The position numbers and the translations under genes were made by a program. A DNA stretch of 64,000 nucleotides from an uncultured Alphaproteobacteria bacterium (GTDB lineage: Bacteria > Pseudomonadota > Alphaproteobacteria > Rhizobiales > Beijerinckiaceae): positions 639-64,638 of the forward strand of contig CAWGMF010000007.1 in NCBI GenBank assembly GCA_963823605.1. Direction: 5' to 3'. Under the pieces are notes generated by a model, which was given only the letters and a program-made list of their open reading frames with translations, was not told where the DNA came from and ran no database searches. This document shows positions 30,754-41,587 of this stretch, one piece after another; position 1 is the stretch's first letter, and the number at the start of each line of letters is the position of its first letter.

Positions 30754-31799
30754 GTGGCGCAGACATCGACGACTGCCTGGGCGAAGTCGCGCGGGGCCTC
30801 CTGCGGCAGGTCATGCCCGATGCCGCCGCGGATCAGCCGATGCTCGTACCTGCTCGTGAACTTGCCCGCATAGGACGCCGGCTCCGGATGCGGCGCGCCG
30901 TTCGCGTCTCCTTCGAGGGTGATCGTCGGCACAGTGATGACGGGCGTTGAGGCCAGACGGGATTCGAGCGCATCGTAGCGCCGCTCGCCATCCGCGAGGC
31001 CAAGCCGCCAGCGGTAGTTGTGGATCACAATGCCGACGTGGTCCGGGTTTTCGATGGCCTCGGCGCTCCGCGCGAAGGTGGCGTCGTCGAACCGCCACTG
31101 CGGCGACGCCGTCTGCCAGATCAGCCGGGCGAAGTCTCGCCGGTTGGCCTCGTAGCCGGCCTGTCCGCGCGGCGTCGCAAAATAGAACTGATACCACCAG
31201 CTCAACTCGGCGCGAGGCGGCAGCGGAGTCTTGCCCGCCTCCTGGTTTCCGATCAGGTAACCGCTCACCGAGACAAGGGCGCGGCAGCGCTCCGGCCACA
31301 GCGCCGCGACGATGCACGCGGTCCGCGCGCCCCAGTCGAAGCCGGCGAGAGTGGCGGTCTCGATGCCGAGCGCGTCCATCAGGGCGATCAGGTCGCTCGC
31401 GAGAGCGGCTTGCTGCCCGTTACGGGGCGTGTCCGGCGACAGAAAACGTGTGGTGCCGTAGCCGCGCAGGAAGGGCACGATCACCCGGAAACCCCTGGAC
31501 GCGAGGATCGGCACAACCTCGGCAAAGGCGTGGATGTCGTAGGGCCAGCCGTGCAGCAGGATGACGGCGGGAGCGGAGGCAACGCCAGCCTCGATATAGC
31601 CGACGTTGAGCAGGCCGGCGTCGATCTGCTTCAGCGGAACCGAGGCGCTGCCCGCTTCCGGCTTCGTCTCGCCCTCTGCGGGCCGGGCGAGCCCGAGCTC
31701 TGTCGCGGCGAGAGTCACGGCTGCGACGCCAAGAAGCGTGCGGCGCGTGTGAACCGCAGGGTTGGATGCGACCTGCGACGATGCCTGCCTGATCTGCAC
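30750..31799 (-). CDS. Alpha/beta hydrolase (epoxide hydrolase-like), Tat-like leader
   Basis: LHGWP, GFDWG, GHDLPQEAP; N-terminal RRTLLG. Confidence 0.88.
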   Translation of the reverse strand: MQIRQASSQVASNPAVHTRRTLLGVAAVTLAATELGLARPAEGETKPEAGSASVPLKQIDAGLLNVGYIEAGVASAPAVILLHGWPYDIHAFAEVVPILASRGFRVIVPFLRGYGTTRFLSPDTPRNGQQAALASDLIALMDALGIETATLAGFDWGARTACIVAALWPERCRALVSVSGYLIGNQEAGKTPLPPRAELSWWYQFYFATPRGQAGYEANRRDFARLIWQTASPQWRFDDATFARSAEAIENPDHVGIVIHNYRWRLGLADGERRYDALESRLASTPVITVPTITLEGDANGAPHPEPASYAGKFTSRYEHRLIRGGIGHDLPQEAPRDFAQAVVDVCAT

Positions 31800-31825
31800 T
31801 CGACTTCTCCCATGTCAAAGCCGCG

Positions 31826-32795
31826 TCAGACGCCTTCGTAGACAAGCTTCGTGAACAGCGCGGGGCTGATGACGAACTGGCCCCAAACCGCGTCGTAGGC
31901 TGCGGTCGGCTTGGCGGCGACGATCGCATCGAGCGACAAGTTGCTCTTCTTCAGCGCCGCCACATTGGCGCGGACGCCGACCAGCATGTCGCGGAAGGCC
32001 TGCAGTTCGGCGCGATTGCTCACCGGCTGGCCATGGCCGGGGATGATGATCGTGTGGTCGGTGACCCTGCGCCAGGTTGGTTTCGGCCGCCCGGATCGAG
32101 CCGTCGATGCTGCCGCCCGTGGAGTAGTCGATGAAGGGATAGACGCCGTTCCAGAAGGTGTCGCCCGTATGCAGGATGTCGGGCTCGACGAAGGTGACCC
32201 CGATGTCGCTGTCGGTATGCGCCGGGCCGAAGTAGCGCATGTTCAAGGTCGTGCCGTTGAGCTGCAGCCTGTGTTCATCGGCGAACAGCACGGTCGGGCA
32301 GCGCGGCCGCCGGCAAGGGGGCGAAATCATAGTCCCAGTCTTCCACCCGCTGCATGGTCATCAGGTGCTTGCGGGTGTTCTCGTGCGCCAGGATCTGCGG
32401 CCCGAGCTCGTGCAGCCACGCGTTGCCGTTGGCGTGGTCGAAATGCCAGTGCGTGTTGATGAGGTGCGTGACCGGTTCCGGGCCCAGTGTCGCCAGCGCC
32501 TTTTCCATTTGCGGCCGGGACACGGCGATGCCGGCCTCGACCATGACCTTGCCATCAGGGCCGGTGAGAACCGCGACATTGCCGCCCGAGCCCTCGAGAA
32601 CGGCAACGTTGCCGCGCAGGCGATGGATCGTGATGGGCGTCTTGGCCGCTTCGGCCTGGATGGTCTGGACGATGCCCAGCGCCTCGGCATAGGCTTGGCG
32701 CGGCGTGAGCCAGGGACCCAGCCCCGACAGGCCGGTGCCGAGAGGCAGCACAGGCAGAAGCCACGACGCGACAGACGGTGGGCGCTCTTGATCAT
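31826..32795 (-). CDS. MBL-fold metallo-hydrolase, Tat-like leader (frameshifts)
   Basis: SRRGFCLCC, GSGGN, NTHWHFDH, AHTDSD, HTGD over several frames. Confidence 0.82.
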
Positions 32796-32855
32796 GGAAG
32801 CCTCTCTGGGCCGGAGGGGCGATCGCGACCGGAGGGCGGTCGCGATCGGTCGGGG

Positions 32856-33677
32856 TCACGCGGACAGGAATTCCAGCAGCTCGGCGTTGACGCGATCCTT
32901 GAGGGTCGTGCACATGCCGTGCGGCGCGCCCTTGTAGACGACGAGCTTCGCGTCCCGGACGATCTTCGACGACAGCAGGGCGGCGGACTGGATCGGGACG
33001 ATCTGGTCGTCATCGCCGTGCAGGATCAGCGTCGGGACATCGAAGCGCTTCAGGTCCTCGGTGAGATCGGTCTCGGAGAACGCCTTGATGCAGAAGTAGG
33101 AGGCCGGGAAGCCGGCCATCATGCCCTGCAGCCAGAACGATTCCCGCACGCCTTCGGAGATCGTCGCGCCCGGGCGGTTGTAGCCGTAGAACGGCAGGCT
33201 CAGGTCCCGCCAGAATGCCGAGCGATCGGCCTGAACGGCGGCGCGAAGCTGATCGAAGGCTTCGATCGGCGTGCCGACCGGATTGGCCGGCGTCTTCAGC
33301 ATCAGCGGCGGAATCGCGCCGATCAGCACGGCTTTGGCGACGCGCTCGGTGCCGTGCCGCCCGATGTAGCGCGCGACTTCGCCGCCGCCGGTCGAGTGGC
33401 CGACGTGGATTGCGTTGCGAAGATCGAGCGCCTCGACCAGCGTCGCGAGATCGTCGGCATAGGTGTCGAGGTCGTTGCCGTCCCAGGACTGGCCCGACCG
33501 GCCATGGCCGCGGCGGTCATGGGCGATGCAGCGATAGCCGCGCGAGGCCAGAAAGAACATCTGGTCCTCGAAGGCGTCGGCGCTGAGCGGCCAGCCGTGG
33601 CTGAACACGACGGGTTGGCCGCTGCCCCAATCGTTGAAGTAGATGTCCGTGCCGTCCTTGGCTTTGATGGTGGCCAT
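32856..33677 (-). CDS. cpo: Non-heme chloroperoxidase/perhydrolase-type alpha/beta hydrolase
   Basis: [37 protein letters not shown]. Confidence 0.85.
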   Translation of the reverse strand: MATIKAKDGTDIYFNDWGSGQPVVFSHGWPLSADAFEDQMFFLASRGYRCIAHDRRGHGRSGQSWDGNDLDTYADDLATLVEALDLRNAIHVGHSTGGGEVARYIGRHGTERVAKAVLIGAIPPLMLKTPANPVGTPIEAFDQLRAAVQADRSAFWRDLSLPFYGYNRPGATISEGVRESFWLQGMMAGFPASYFCIKAFSETDLTEDLKRFDVPTLILHGDDDQIVPIQSAALLSSKIVRDAKLVVYKGAPHGMCTTLKDRVNAELLEFLSA

Positions 33678-33801
33678 GATCTGAAATCTCCGGTTTCTGC
33701 GTGGACCCGCAGACTGCTGCAGGCGGGAGGGGGTGGATCGGTGAACGCGGAAGGCCTGCGGCCGAGCCGGCTGGCGGATGCGTCCACCAGTTCGAGGATG
33801 C

Positions 33802-34821
33802 TTAGGGGTTTGACGACGCGGTGCTCGCGGTCTGCGGAATGGCGCGATCGAGGAAGCCGTGGATCATCGGCGCCATGACGTCGAGCTTGTCCTCGAGCGC
33901 GAAATGCCCGGTATCGAGCATGTGGAGCTCGGCCTTGGGCAGATCGCGCAGATAGGGCGCGGCGCCATCGGCCGGGAAGATCTTGTCGTTCTTGCCCCAG
34001 ACGATCAGCGTCGGCGGCTTGCGTTCGCGGAAGAAGGCCTGGAATTGGGGATAGAGCGGGACATTGGTGCCGTAGTCGAGGAACAGGTCGAGCTGGATGT
34101 CCTTGTTGCCCGGCCGGTCGAGAAGCGCCTGGTCGTGGTGCCAGTTGTCGGGATCGATGCGCGACACGTCGCTCATCGCCATCGGTATACTGGAAGATGG
34201 TCGTGGCCGGGGCGACCAGGACGCCGATCGCCTCGCGATGCGCCTGCGAGCCATCCGCCCAGTAGGCCTTGATCGGGTCCCAGAAGGCCTTGAGACCCTC
34301 CTCATAGGCGTTGCCGTTCTGGACGACAGCGCGCTGACGCGCTCCGGATGCTTGAGCGCCAGCCGATAGCCCACCGGCGCCCCGTAATCCATGACGTACA
34401 TGGCGTAGCGCTTGGCCCCGAGCTGCGTCAGCAGGCCGTCGACGAGATCGGCGTAGTGGGCGAACGTGTAGGAGAAGGTCGTGTGGTCGGGCGCGGCGCT
34501 CTCGCCGAATCCCGGATAGTCCGGCGCGATCACATGGTAGCGGTCCGCCAGCAGCGGGATCAGATTGCGGAACATGTGGGACGAGGTCGGGAACCCGTGC
34601 AGCAGCAGCACGACCGGTGCATCGGCCGGACCCGCCTCGCGGTAGAACAGGCTGACCCCGTCGACCATCGCGGTGCGGTAATGCGTAACGGCAGGGGCGA
34701 TGGACGACACGGCGGCGGCCGTTTCGGCTCTCGCAAACGGCACCAGGGTCACGGCTGCGAGCGCGGCCGGCAGAACGAGATGTCTCAGAAAGCGCTGTGA
34801 TGCGGTGCGTGCGTCGATCAT
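33802..34821 (-). CDS. Secreted alpha/beta hydrolase (compensating frameshifts at ~34180-34330)
   Basis: [33 protein letters not shown]. Confidence 0.85.
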   Translation of the reverse strand: MIDARTASQRFLRHLVLPAALAAVTLVPFARAETAAAVSSIAPAVTHYRTAMVDGVSLFYREAGPADAPVVLLLHGFPTSSHMFRNLIPLLADRYHVIAPDYPGFGESAAPDHTTFSYTFAHYADLVDGLLTQLGAKRYAMYVMDYGAPVGYRLALKHPERVSALSSRTATPMRRVSRPSGTRSRPTGRMARRRIARRSASWSPRPRPSSSIPMAMSDVSRIDPDNWHHDQALLDRPGNKDIQLDLFLDYGTNVPLYPQFQAFFRERKPPTLIVWGKNDKIFPADGAAPYLRDLPKAELHMLDTGHFALEDKLDVMAPMIHGFLDRAIPQTASTASSNP

Positions 34822-35004
34822 CGGGATGTCTCCTCGGACTCGGTGGCGGCAGGGGCACGATCGAGCGGTTCCGGAGCCGCTCGGGGCGGAATGGGAGGAT
34901 TGCGCGAGCGACTCCGGACCTAATGGATGGACGGTTCGGGCCCGCCGATCTTCTCGATTTGCTCGTTTGTTTCGGAAATGCAGGACGGCGGCGGGCGAAG
35001 GGGC

Positions 35005-35790
35005 TCAGGGCGCCGAAGCCGCGCGCTCGATGAGCGCCGCAACGTCGGCCGGATGGGAAATCATGACGACGTGGGAGGCGCCCTGTATCTCCACCGTCTG
35101 CTTGGACTTGGCGCGCTCGGCCATGAAGGCGTGCAGGGTGCGCGGGATGTTCTTGTCCAGCGAGCCGTAGATGAACCAGGAGGGGATCGTCCGCCAAGCC
35201 GGCGCACCCGACGGCTCGCTGAGCGCGGCCTTGGTGACCGGCCTTTGCGTCGCGGCCATCTGCGTGGCGTCGGCTTCCGGCACGTCGGCGGCAAACTGAG
35301 CCCAGTATCGGCCCGGCTGGATGTAGAGGTCCGCGCCGCCATCGGGTTGCGGCACCGGGGCGGCAAGCGTCTCGCCCAGCGTGCTGCCCGGAAAGCGGTC
35401 GCCGAGGCTCGAGGCGCTTTCGCCTGTGTCGGGCGCCACGCCGGCCACGAACACGAGCCCCTTCACCTTATCGGAGCCCACCGCGGCCGTGTTGATCACC
35501 TCGCCGCCGTAGGAATGACCGACCAGGACAACGGGTCCCTCGATGGATTTGAGGAGGCTCGACACGTAGGCCGCGTCGGATTTGACGCTGCGCAGGGGGT
35601 TTGCGGCCGCGATCACCTTGTAGCCGTCCGCCACGAGGTCGGTGACCACGCCGTTCCAACTCGAAGACCCGGCGAAGGCGCCGTGCACGAGCACGATCGT
35701 CGGCTTCGGATCAGATGGGCTGGCTGCCCTGGCCTGACCGGCGAAACAAAGCGCGCCGGCACAAACCGCTGCTGCGACTGCAATTCTCAT
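35005..35790 (-). CDS. Secreted alpha/beta hydrolase (Abhydrolase_6-like)
   Basis: Signal peptide, LVHGAF, GHSYGG, ASHVVMISHP. Confidence 0.88.
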   Translation of the reverse strand: MRIAVAAAVCAGALCFAGQARAASPSDPKPTIVLVHGAFAGSSSWNGVVTDLVADGYKVIAAANPLRSVKSDAAYVSSLLKSIEGPVVLVGHSYGGEVINTAAVGSDKVKGLVFVAGVAPDTGESASSLGDRFPGSTLGETLAAPVPQPDGGADLYIQPGRYWAQFAADVPEADATQMAATQRPVTKAALSEPSGAPAWRTIPSWFIYGSLDKNIPRTLHAFMAERAKSKQTVEIQGASHVVMISHPADVAALIERAASAP

Positions 35791-36135
35791 GATCATGACC
35801 TTTCAGCCTGGAACGTTCTTCGCAGCAGGACCGATCTCTTGAGATCAGACCGGGACCTATGAGGCCGCGTTCATGTGTTGGTTCCACACCATTTCGAATT
35901 CCTCGACCGAAGTTCTTCTCGAAACGCACGTCTTGATCTCGCGAGAACGGCCAGTTGAGACTGCAATGCGCCCACGAGTGCACGCGTCCGATGTTGCTCG
36001 CGAATTAAGTCGAATTCTTAGGTGTGCTGATTGAAAAAGACCGCCGTTCGGGACGACAACAAACATGCGGTCCTGCAAGACGTGATGTCACGTAAATCTA
36101 TTCTGCTCCGGCTCAACACAAAGCTGGAGCTTGTC

Positions 36136-36861
36136 ATGCACCATTTGAATCGTTTGCTGGGCTGGCTCGCAGAGGCGAACCACCTCGGCCTCGGCTTCAT
36201 GCGGATCGCCATCGCGGTCGTTTTCCTATGGATCGGCGCTGTCAAATTTGCGCCCTACGAGGCCGACAGCATCACGCCGTTCGTGGCCAACAACCCGGTC
36301 ATGTCGCTGTTCTATAAACATCCGGAGCAGTACAAGGCGCACCTCACACGCGAAGGCGAATTGGTTCCGGCTGAGCGCGAATGGCAGACGAGCAACGGCA
36401 CTTATGTATTTTCGAACGCGCTCGGCTCGGTGGAGATTGCGATCGGAGTGCTGGTTCTCGCCGGCCTCGTGTCAGTCCGCCTTGGCGCGCTCGGTGCGCT
36501 CCTGGCGTTCTTGACTTCGTGGGTGACGCTGTCGTTTCTGTTCACCACTCCCGAAGCCTGGGTTCCCGCCCTGGGTGACCGTGAACACGGCTTTCCCTAC
36601 CTATCGGGAGGGGGCCGGCTCGTGCTCAAGGATGTTATGCTCTGGGCAGGAAGCTTTCTGCTCCTCGTCGAGTCTGCCAAGGCGCTGCGGCTCAGATATG
36701 CAAGGGTGCTCGCTTCCGGCGCAGACCGATCGCGAGAGGCCGAATGGGAAAGTCCCGTATCCATCGCGTTCTCGCCCGAGCTCCTCCCGCCCGCCGATGT
36801 TGGTCCTGTCTCGTTTGGATTCGAGGTGATGCCCGGGCCGCGCCGCGAACGGCGCTTCTAG
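36136..36861 (+). CDS. YkgB/RclC (DUF417) membrane protein
   Basis: WIGAVKFAPYEADSITPFVANNP, TLSFLFTTPEAWV, GFPYLSG.GRLVLKD. Confidence 0.88.
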   Translation: MHHLNRLLGWLAEANHLGLGFMRIAIAVVFLWIGAVKFAPYEADSITPFVANNPVMSLFYKHPEQYKAHLTREGELVPAEREWQTSNGTYVFSNALGSVEIAIGVLVLAGLVSVRLGALGALLAFLTSWVTLSFLFTTPEAWVPALGDREHGFPYLSGGGRLVLKDVMLWAGSFLLLVESAKALRLRYARVLASGADRSREAEWESPVSIAFSPELLPPADVGPVSFGFEVMPGPRRERRF

Positions 36862-37152
36862 GCTACGCTTAGGAAGCCTGCCGGACCGGGGCAGGTCGAA
36901 GCTCACCGGCACGATGCGCTGGCGGTTTACAACTTTTAACCGAGTCACACGCTCATTAACTCGACCGGCCGCTCCGGATGATTAGCTTCGGGATCGCGCT
37001 TCGCGCCTTGACGGCGAGCGCATCACGAAGCTCAAGGGCCGGTGTCCCGCGCCACGCGCGGCCACGTTGGGGCGGCAATCGCCGGATCTCTTCGAGACCA
37101 GCGCTGCGCCCCACGTCGGGTAGGACGCCCGCCCAAACGATCTGGGGGCGAC

Positions 37153-38106
37153 ATGTTTCATCGAGATTGGAGCCGCGACGAGGGGAACACATCAACCGTC
37201 GCTAAGGTCGTGCACCTGGAACAGGTGTGGCGTCAGCGGCCCGGACGCGACGAGTTGGGTGCGCCCCAGGGGCAAGTCACGATCTCACGCTGGACCGACC
37301 CGGCCAACGCTCGTCGATCCCTGACCAGCGTGGCGGAAGCCGACTACCATGTCCTGAGCCTGGCGCTTCGCCCGACCGAGGCCATCTTCTCGACACAGGG
37401 GCGCATGCTCCATTCCGGCCGCCTTCGGAGCGGCGCGTTGCAGGTGTCCGGACCGGGACAGGAGCTTCGGGGAGAGTTCCTCGCGCCAAGCGATGCGCTG
37501 CATCTTTATATCCCAAACCGCGTCCTGACTGACTGCTATCGGGCGATGCACGGGGAGAAACACCCGGAACCGATCCGACTGATCGATCCCGGTTTTTCGC
37601 AGGACGGCGCGATCGAGCAGCTTGGGCGGCAGTTGCTTGCCTCGGACGAGTTGGCCGGCCCGCATGGGCGGCTTTGTGCCGATGGCCTCATCCTGGCGCT
37701 CGTGGCCCGGCTTCTCAACGCCCACGCAAATTGCGGCTCGGCACCGGCGAGCGCACGTGGCCTGTCGAAATGGCGCTTGAAGCGCGCCAGGGATTACATC
37801 GAGGCCAATTTGGGTGAGCCGCTTCACCTCTCCGATATCGCGGCCTCGACAGGCCTGAGCCGCATGCATTTCGCCGCGCAGTTCCGGACCGCAACGGGCA
37901 TGCGCCCGCACGAATTCGTGCTCCGCCGCCGCATCGAGCGCGCGCAGGAGCTGATCGCAGCTCCCAATACGACGCTGGTCGACATCGCACTGAGCGTCGG
38001 CTTTCAGACGCAAGCCCATTTCACCACCGTCTTCAAGCGGCTCGTCGGAGAAACGCCCTCGCGGTGGCGAGAGTATCAGGCGATGCCCCACCAGCTGGCC
38101 TCGTGA
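37153..38106 (+). CDS. AraC family transcriptional regulator
   Basis: GLSKWRLKRA, GLSRMHFAAQF, GFQTQAHFTTVFKR. Confidence 0.9.
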   Translation: MFHRDWSRDEGNTSTVAKVVHLEQVWRQRPGRDELGAPQGQVTISRWTDPANARRSLTSVAEADYHVLSLALRPTEAIFSTQGRMLHSGRLRSGALQVSGPGQELRGEFLAPSDALHLYIPNRVLTDCYRAMHGEKHPEPIRLIDPGFSQDGAIEQLGRQLLASDELAGPHGRLCADGLILALVARLLNAHANCGSAPASARGLSKWRLKRARDYIEANLGEPLHLSDIAASTGLSRMHFAAQFRTATGMRPHEFVLRRRIERAQELIAAPNTTLVDIALSVGFQTQAHFTTVFKRLVGETPSRWREYQAMPHQLAS

Positions 38107-38575
38107 GCTTCGAAACCCACTTCCCTTCGGCCGGGACTTCTGCTCGGCGGGGCAGCGGAGGAGCCGCCGGTAGCCCGACGCAATCCTACCTTGGCTGCTC
38201 GCACCCCTGTAGGCCCGCTGCCGGACGAAACACGTCGGCCTCAACCTGCTACCGTTGAGCCCTCGGTAATGTGGCCCGGCCCGGAAAAGCGCCTTGCTGC
38301 GGCGGGAGGGCTCGGGCAAGGGGAGCCGAGACCTATCCCTGAGCACCCACCGGGTTCATTTCGAGTTGTTCAACCGACCGACCCTCTGCTATGCTGCGCC
38401 GCGATCGTCATGTTGCGTGGCGAGAGGCCTTTTTGGCCGACGCAGGTTCGGGGGAGCCCATGCAGGCAGCAACATTGGCTGGTCCGGCCATCCTTTGCGG
38501 CTGGCGAGGCATGGCCCGAGCCCATCTGGGGGCCGCGAAAGGACGTCGCTCCAAGACGGCGGGCCTGTCCGCGGC

Positions 38576-41407
38576 GTGATCGAGTTCGGCCCCTTCCGCC
38601 TGCAGCCCGACCAGCAGCTTCTGCTGCGCGACGGGCAACCCGTTCGTGTGGGCAGTCGCGCGCTTCAGATCCTCGTGGAGCTGATCGCTCGTCCGGGCGA
38701 AGTGGTTAGCAAGGAACAGCTGATGGCCCGCGTCTGGCCCAATCAGTTCGTCGAGGACGGCAATCTCAAGGTCAATGTTGCGGCGCTCCGCAAAGCTCTC
38801 GGCGATGGTGATGGGGGTCGTCGCTACATCATCAATATTCCCGGCCGGGGCTACAGCTTCGTCGGCAAGCTCACATCGCCCGAAGAGACCCGCACCGAGG
38901 CATTCGACGGCTTCGAGGAGGCGATCGCGCTTTCCTCGCATCGCACGCCTGTCCTCGGCCGGTCGGCGGCAATCGAACACATCACCAACGAAGTGCAACA
39001 CCATCGCTTCGTCACGATCGTTGGCCCAGGGGGAATCGGCAAGACCACCGTAGCGTTGGCCGCCGCCGATCGGTTGAAGTCGACCATGCCTGACGGCATC
39101 CATTTCATCGATCTCGCGCCGCTCACCGATCCTTCGCTCGTGCCGAGCGCGCTCGCCTCCGCCCTGGGAGTGGCGGTCCGGTCGGAAGGCGCAAGCCGCA
39201 ATCTCGCGAGCTTTCTCGGTGACAAGCGTCTGTTGATTGTGCTCGACAATTGCGAACACGTCGTCGAAGCGGCAGCGGTCCTGGCCGAGGACGTAGCGGG
39301 TGCGCCGAACGCTCATATTCTAGCCACGAGCCGGGAGCCGCTGCGCGGCGCCGGCGAGCGGGTGTATCGGCTCCCGCCGCTTGAAATCCCATCGGCCGCC
39401 GAAGGTTTGACGGCCAGCGAAGCCCTGCGCTTTCCCGCCGTGCGGCTTTTCGTGGAACGTGCCGCTGCTTCGCTCGACGGCTTCGAACTCCGCGATCGGG
39501 ACGTGGTCGCGGTGACCGAAGCCTGCCGCAAGCTGGACGGTATCGCGCTGGCGATCGAGCTGACCGCAAGCCGCATCGCCGCGTTCGGGGTCAACGGCCT
39601 GGCGTCGCTGCTGGATGATCGCTTCAACCTGTCAGAGGGCCGACGAACCGCTCAGCCGCGGCACCAAACGCTCGGCGCAACACTCGACTGGAGCTACGCC
39701 CTGCTCTCCGAGCACGAGCGTGTCACGTTGCGCCGGGCCGCCGTGTTCGCAGGCGCATTCACGCTGGACGCAGGCCGCGCAATTCTGCCTGCAATCGACG
39801 GGCCGGCTTCGAACGTCGGCCGAAACATCGCCAACTTGGTCGCGAAGTCGCTCGTCGTTGCTTTCGTGGACCGGCCAAAGCCTGTCTATCGGCTCCTCGA
39901 TACGACCCGGGGCTACGCGCGCAACAAGCTTACGGAGGCCGGCGAAACCGACAGGGTGGCGCTGCGGCACGCGCAATATTTCGAGACGGTTCTGCGTCAG
40001 GCCGCAGCCGACTGGGAGGTTCAGCCGGCCGCTGTTTGGATCGACACTCATCGTGGGATGATTGACGACGTCCGGAGCGCACTGGACTGGGCCTTCGGCC
40101 CGAACGGCGATCTCGCCGTCGGAACAGCGCTTACGGTCGCAGCCCTTCCGCTCTGGTTTCAGCTTTCGCTCATCAGCGAATGTCTTGAACGGGTCGAGCG
40201 CGCATTGGCCGGGCCGGCCGAGAGCCGGGCCGCGGAGGCGGACCTCCGTCTCCATGCGGCGCTCGGCTGGTCCCTGATGCAAACTCGCGGATCGGTCATC
40301 AAAACGCGGGACGCCTGGACCCGCGTACTCGAGCTTGCCGAACAACTCGGCAGCATCGATTATCAGCTCCGTGCGCTTTGGGGACTTTGGGCGGGCTTGC
40401 TCAACCGGAGCGAGCTGCAGCCGGCCCTGCTGCTCGCGCAACGATTCCAGTCGGTTGCGGAGCGGCGACGGGACGCCGACGACCGCTATGTGGGCGACCG
40501 GATGATCGGCTACACCCAGCATCTGCTGGGCGATCAGGACATCGCTCGCTTCCATATCGAGCGTATGCTCGATCACTACCAAACCCCGGTCAGCGGCGCC
40601 GACATCATCCGGTATGTGTTCGACCAGCGCGTAACGGCGCGCTGCTTTCTGGCCCGAATTCTCTGGTTGCAGGGCTTTCCCGAACAGGCCGTCCGCCTGG
40701 CGGAAGACATCATCCGCGATACGCTTGCGGGCAACGACACGCTGTCGCTCTGCCAGGCGCTTGTTCAGGCCGCCTGTCCGGTCGCAGTCTTCGTTGGACG
40801 ACTCGATCTGCTGCAGACCTACGTGAAACTACTCCTGGATCACTCTGGCCGCAGCTCACTGGTGTTCTGGCAGACGTGGGGCCACTGCTTCGAAGCTTTG
40901 TTGAAGGTCAAGAGTGGAAAGGGTGAGACGGGGCTGGCGGAACTCCGCGAGGCTCTCGGCGGCTTGAGGAAAATCGATTATGGAGTTTACTACATCACCT
41001 TCCTTGGTGAGTTCGCCCAGGCTCTGTGCCGTTCGGGAAAGCCGGATCAGGGCCTGATCGTCATCGACGAAGCGCTGCACCGCTCCGAAGGCAACCACGA
41101 GCGCTGGTATTTGCCGGAACTGCTGCGGATCAGGGGTGAGATCATCCTGCGGCAGGGTGTCGGCCTAGCGGAGCAGTTGGCGGAGCGGGAGTACCTTCTG
41201 TCCCTCGACTGCTCCCGTGAACGCGGAACGCTGTCCTGGGAGCTCAGAACCTGCGTCAGCCTCCACCGCTTGTGGAGCCAGAGCGGCAGGGGCCATGAGG
41301 CGCGGGATCTGCTGTCGTCTGTCCTGGGCCGCTTCACCGAAGGGTTCGAGAGCGCAGACGTCCTGCATGCTGTCGCCCTTCTCAAGGTCGATAATCAGAG
41401 TGCTTGA
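38576..41407 (+). CDS. Winged-helix (OmpR-type) + NB-ARC-like ATPase + TPR regulator
   Basis: FGPFRL...NLKVNVAALRKAL...GRGY, GPGGIGKT, LDNCEH, TSREPL, C-terminal helical repeats. Start uncertain; the ORF is open from 38294. Confidence 0.9.
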   Translation: MIEFGPFRLQPDQQLLLRDGQPVRVGSRALQILVELIARPGEVVSKEQLMARVWPNQFVEDGNLKVNVAALRKALGDGDGGRRYIINIPGRGYSFVGKLTSPEETRTEAFDGFEEAIALSSHRTPVLGRSAAIEHITNEVQHHRFVTIVGPGGIGKTTVALAAADRLKSTMPDGIHFIDLAPLTDPSLVPSALASALGVAVRSEGASRNLASFLGDKRLLIVLDNCEHVVEAAAVLAEDVAGAPNAHILATSREPLRGAGERVYRLPPLEIPSAAEGLTASEALRFPAVRLFVERAAASLDGFELRDRDVVAVTEACRKLDGIALAIELTASRIAAFGVNGLASLLDDRFNLSEGRRTAQPRHQTLGATLDWSYALLSEHERVTLRRAAVFAGAFTLDAGRAILPAIDGPASNVGRNIANLVAKSLVVAFVDRPKPVYRLLDTTRGYARNKLTEAGETDRVALRHAQYFETVLRQAAADWEVQPAAVWIDTHRGMIDDVRSALDWAFGPNGDLAVGTALTVAALPLWFQLSLISECLERVERALAGPAESRAAEADLRLHAALGWSLMQTRGSVIKTRDAWTRVLELAEQLGSIDYQLRALWGLWAGLLNRSELQPALLLAQRFQSVAERRRDADDRYVGDRMIGYTQHLLGDQDIARFHIERMLDHYQTPVSGADIIRYVFDQRVTARCFLARILWLQGFPEQAVRLAEDIIRDTLAGNDTLSLCQALVQAACPVAVFVGRLDLLQTYVKLLLDHSGRSSLVFWQTWGHCFEALLKVKSGKGETGLAELREALGGLRKIDYGVYYITFLGEFAQALCRSGKPDQGLIVIDEALHRSEGNHERWYLPELLRIRGEIILRQGVGLAEQLAEREYLLSLDCSRERGTLSWELRTCVSLHRLWSQSGRGHEARDLLSSVLGRFTEGFESADVLHAVALLKVDNQSA

Positions 41408-41587
41408 CGAAGTCCTTCGTTACCGATCGTCAGCTGATTGCGCGACTTCGGCTGCAACCTACGGCGTGACCGCAGGTGCCCGCAAAGTCCGTTCGTTCTG
41501 GCAATACGGTTCACGCAACCACCGCTAAGCCGATCCAGGTGGCACCGAGGCGGAGTTGCCCAGGGCCGTATCCTAGGAGAGGGGCCG

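Noticed and set aside
38576-41407. Anti-phage STAND (Avs-like) defence system
   Set aside because: The effector is a DNA-binding winged helix and the neighbours are detox genes; no nuclease, TIR or SIR2 domain.
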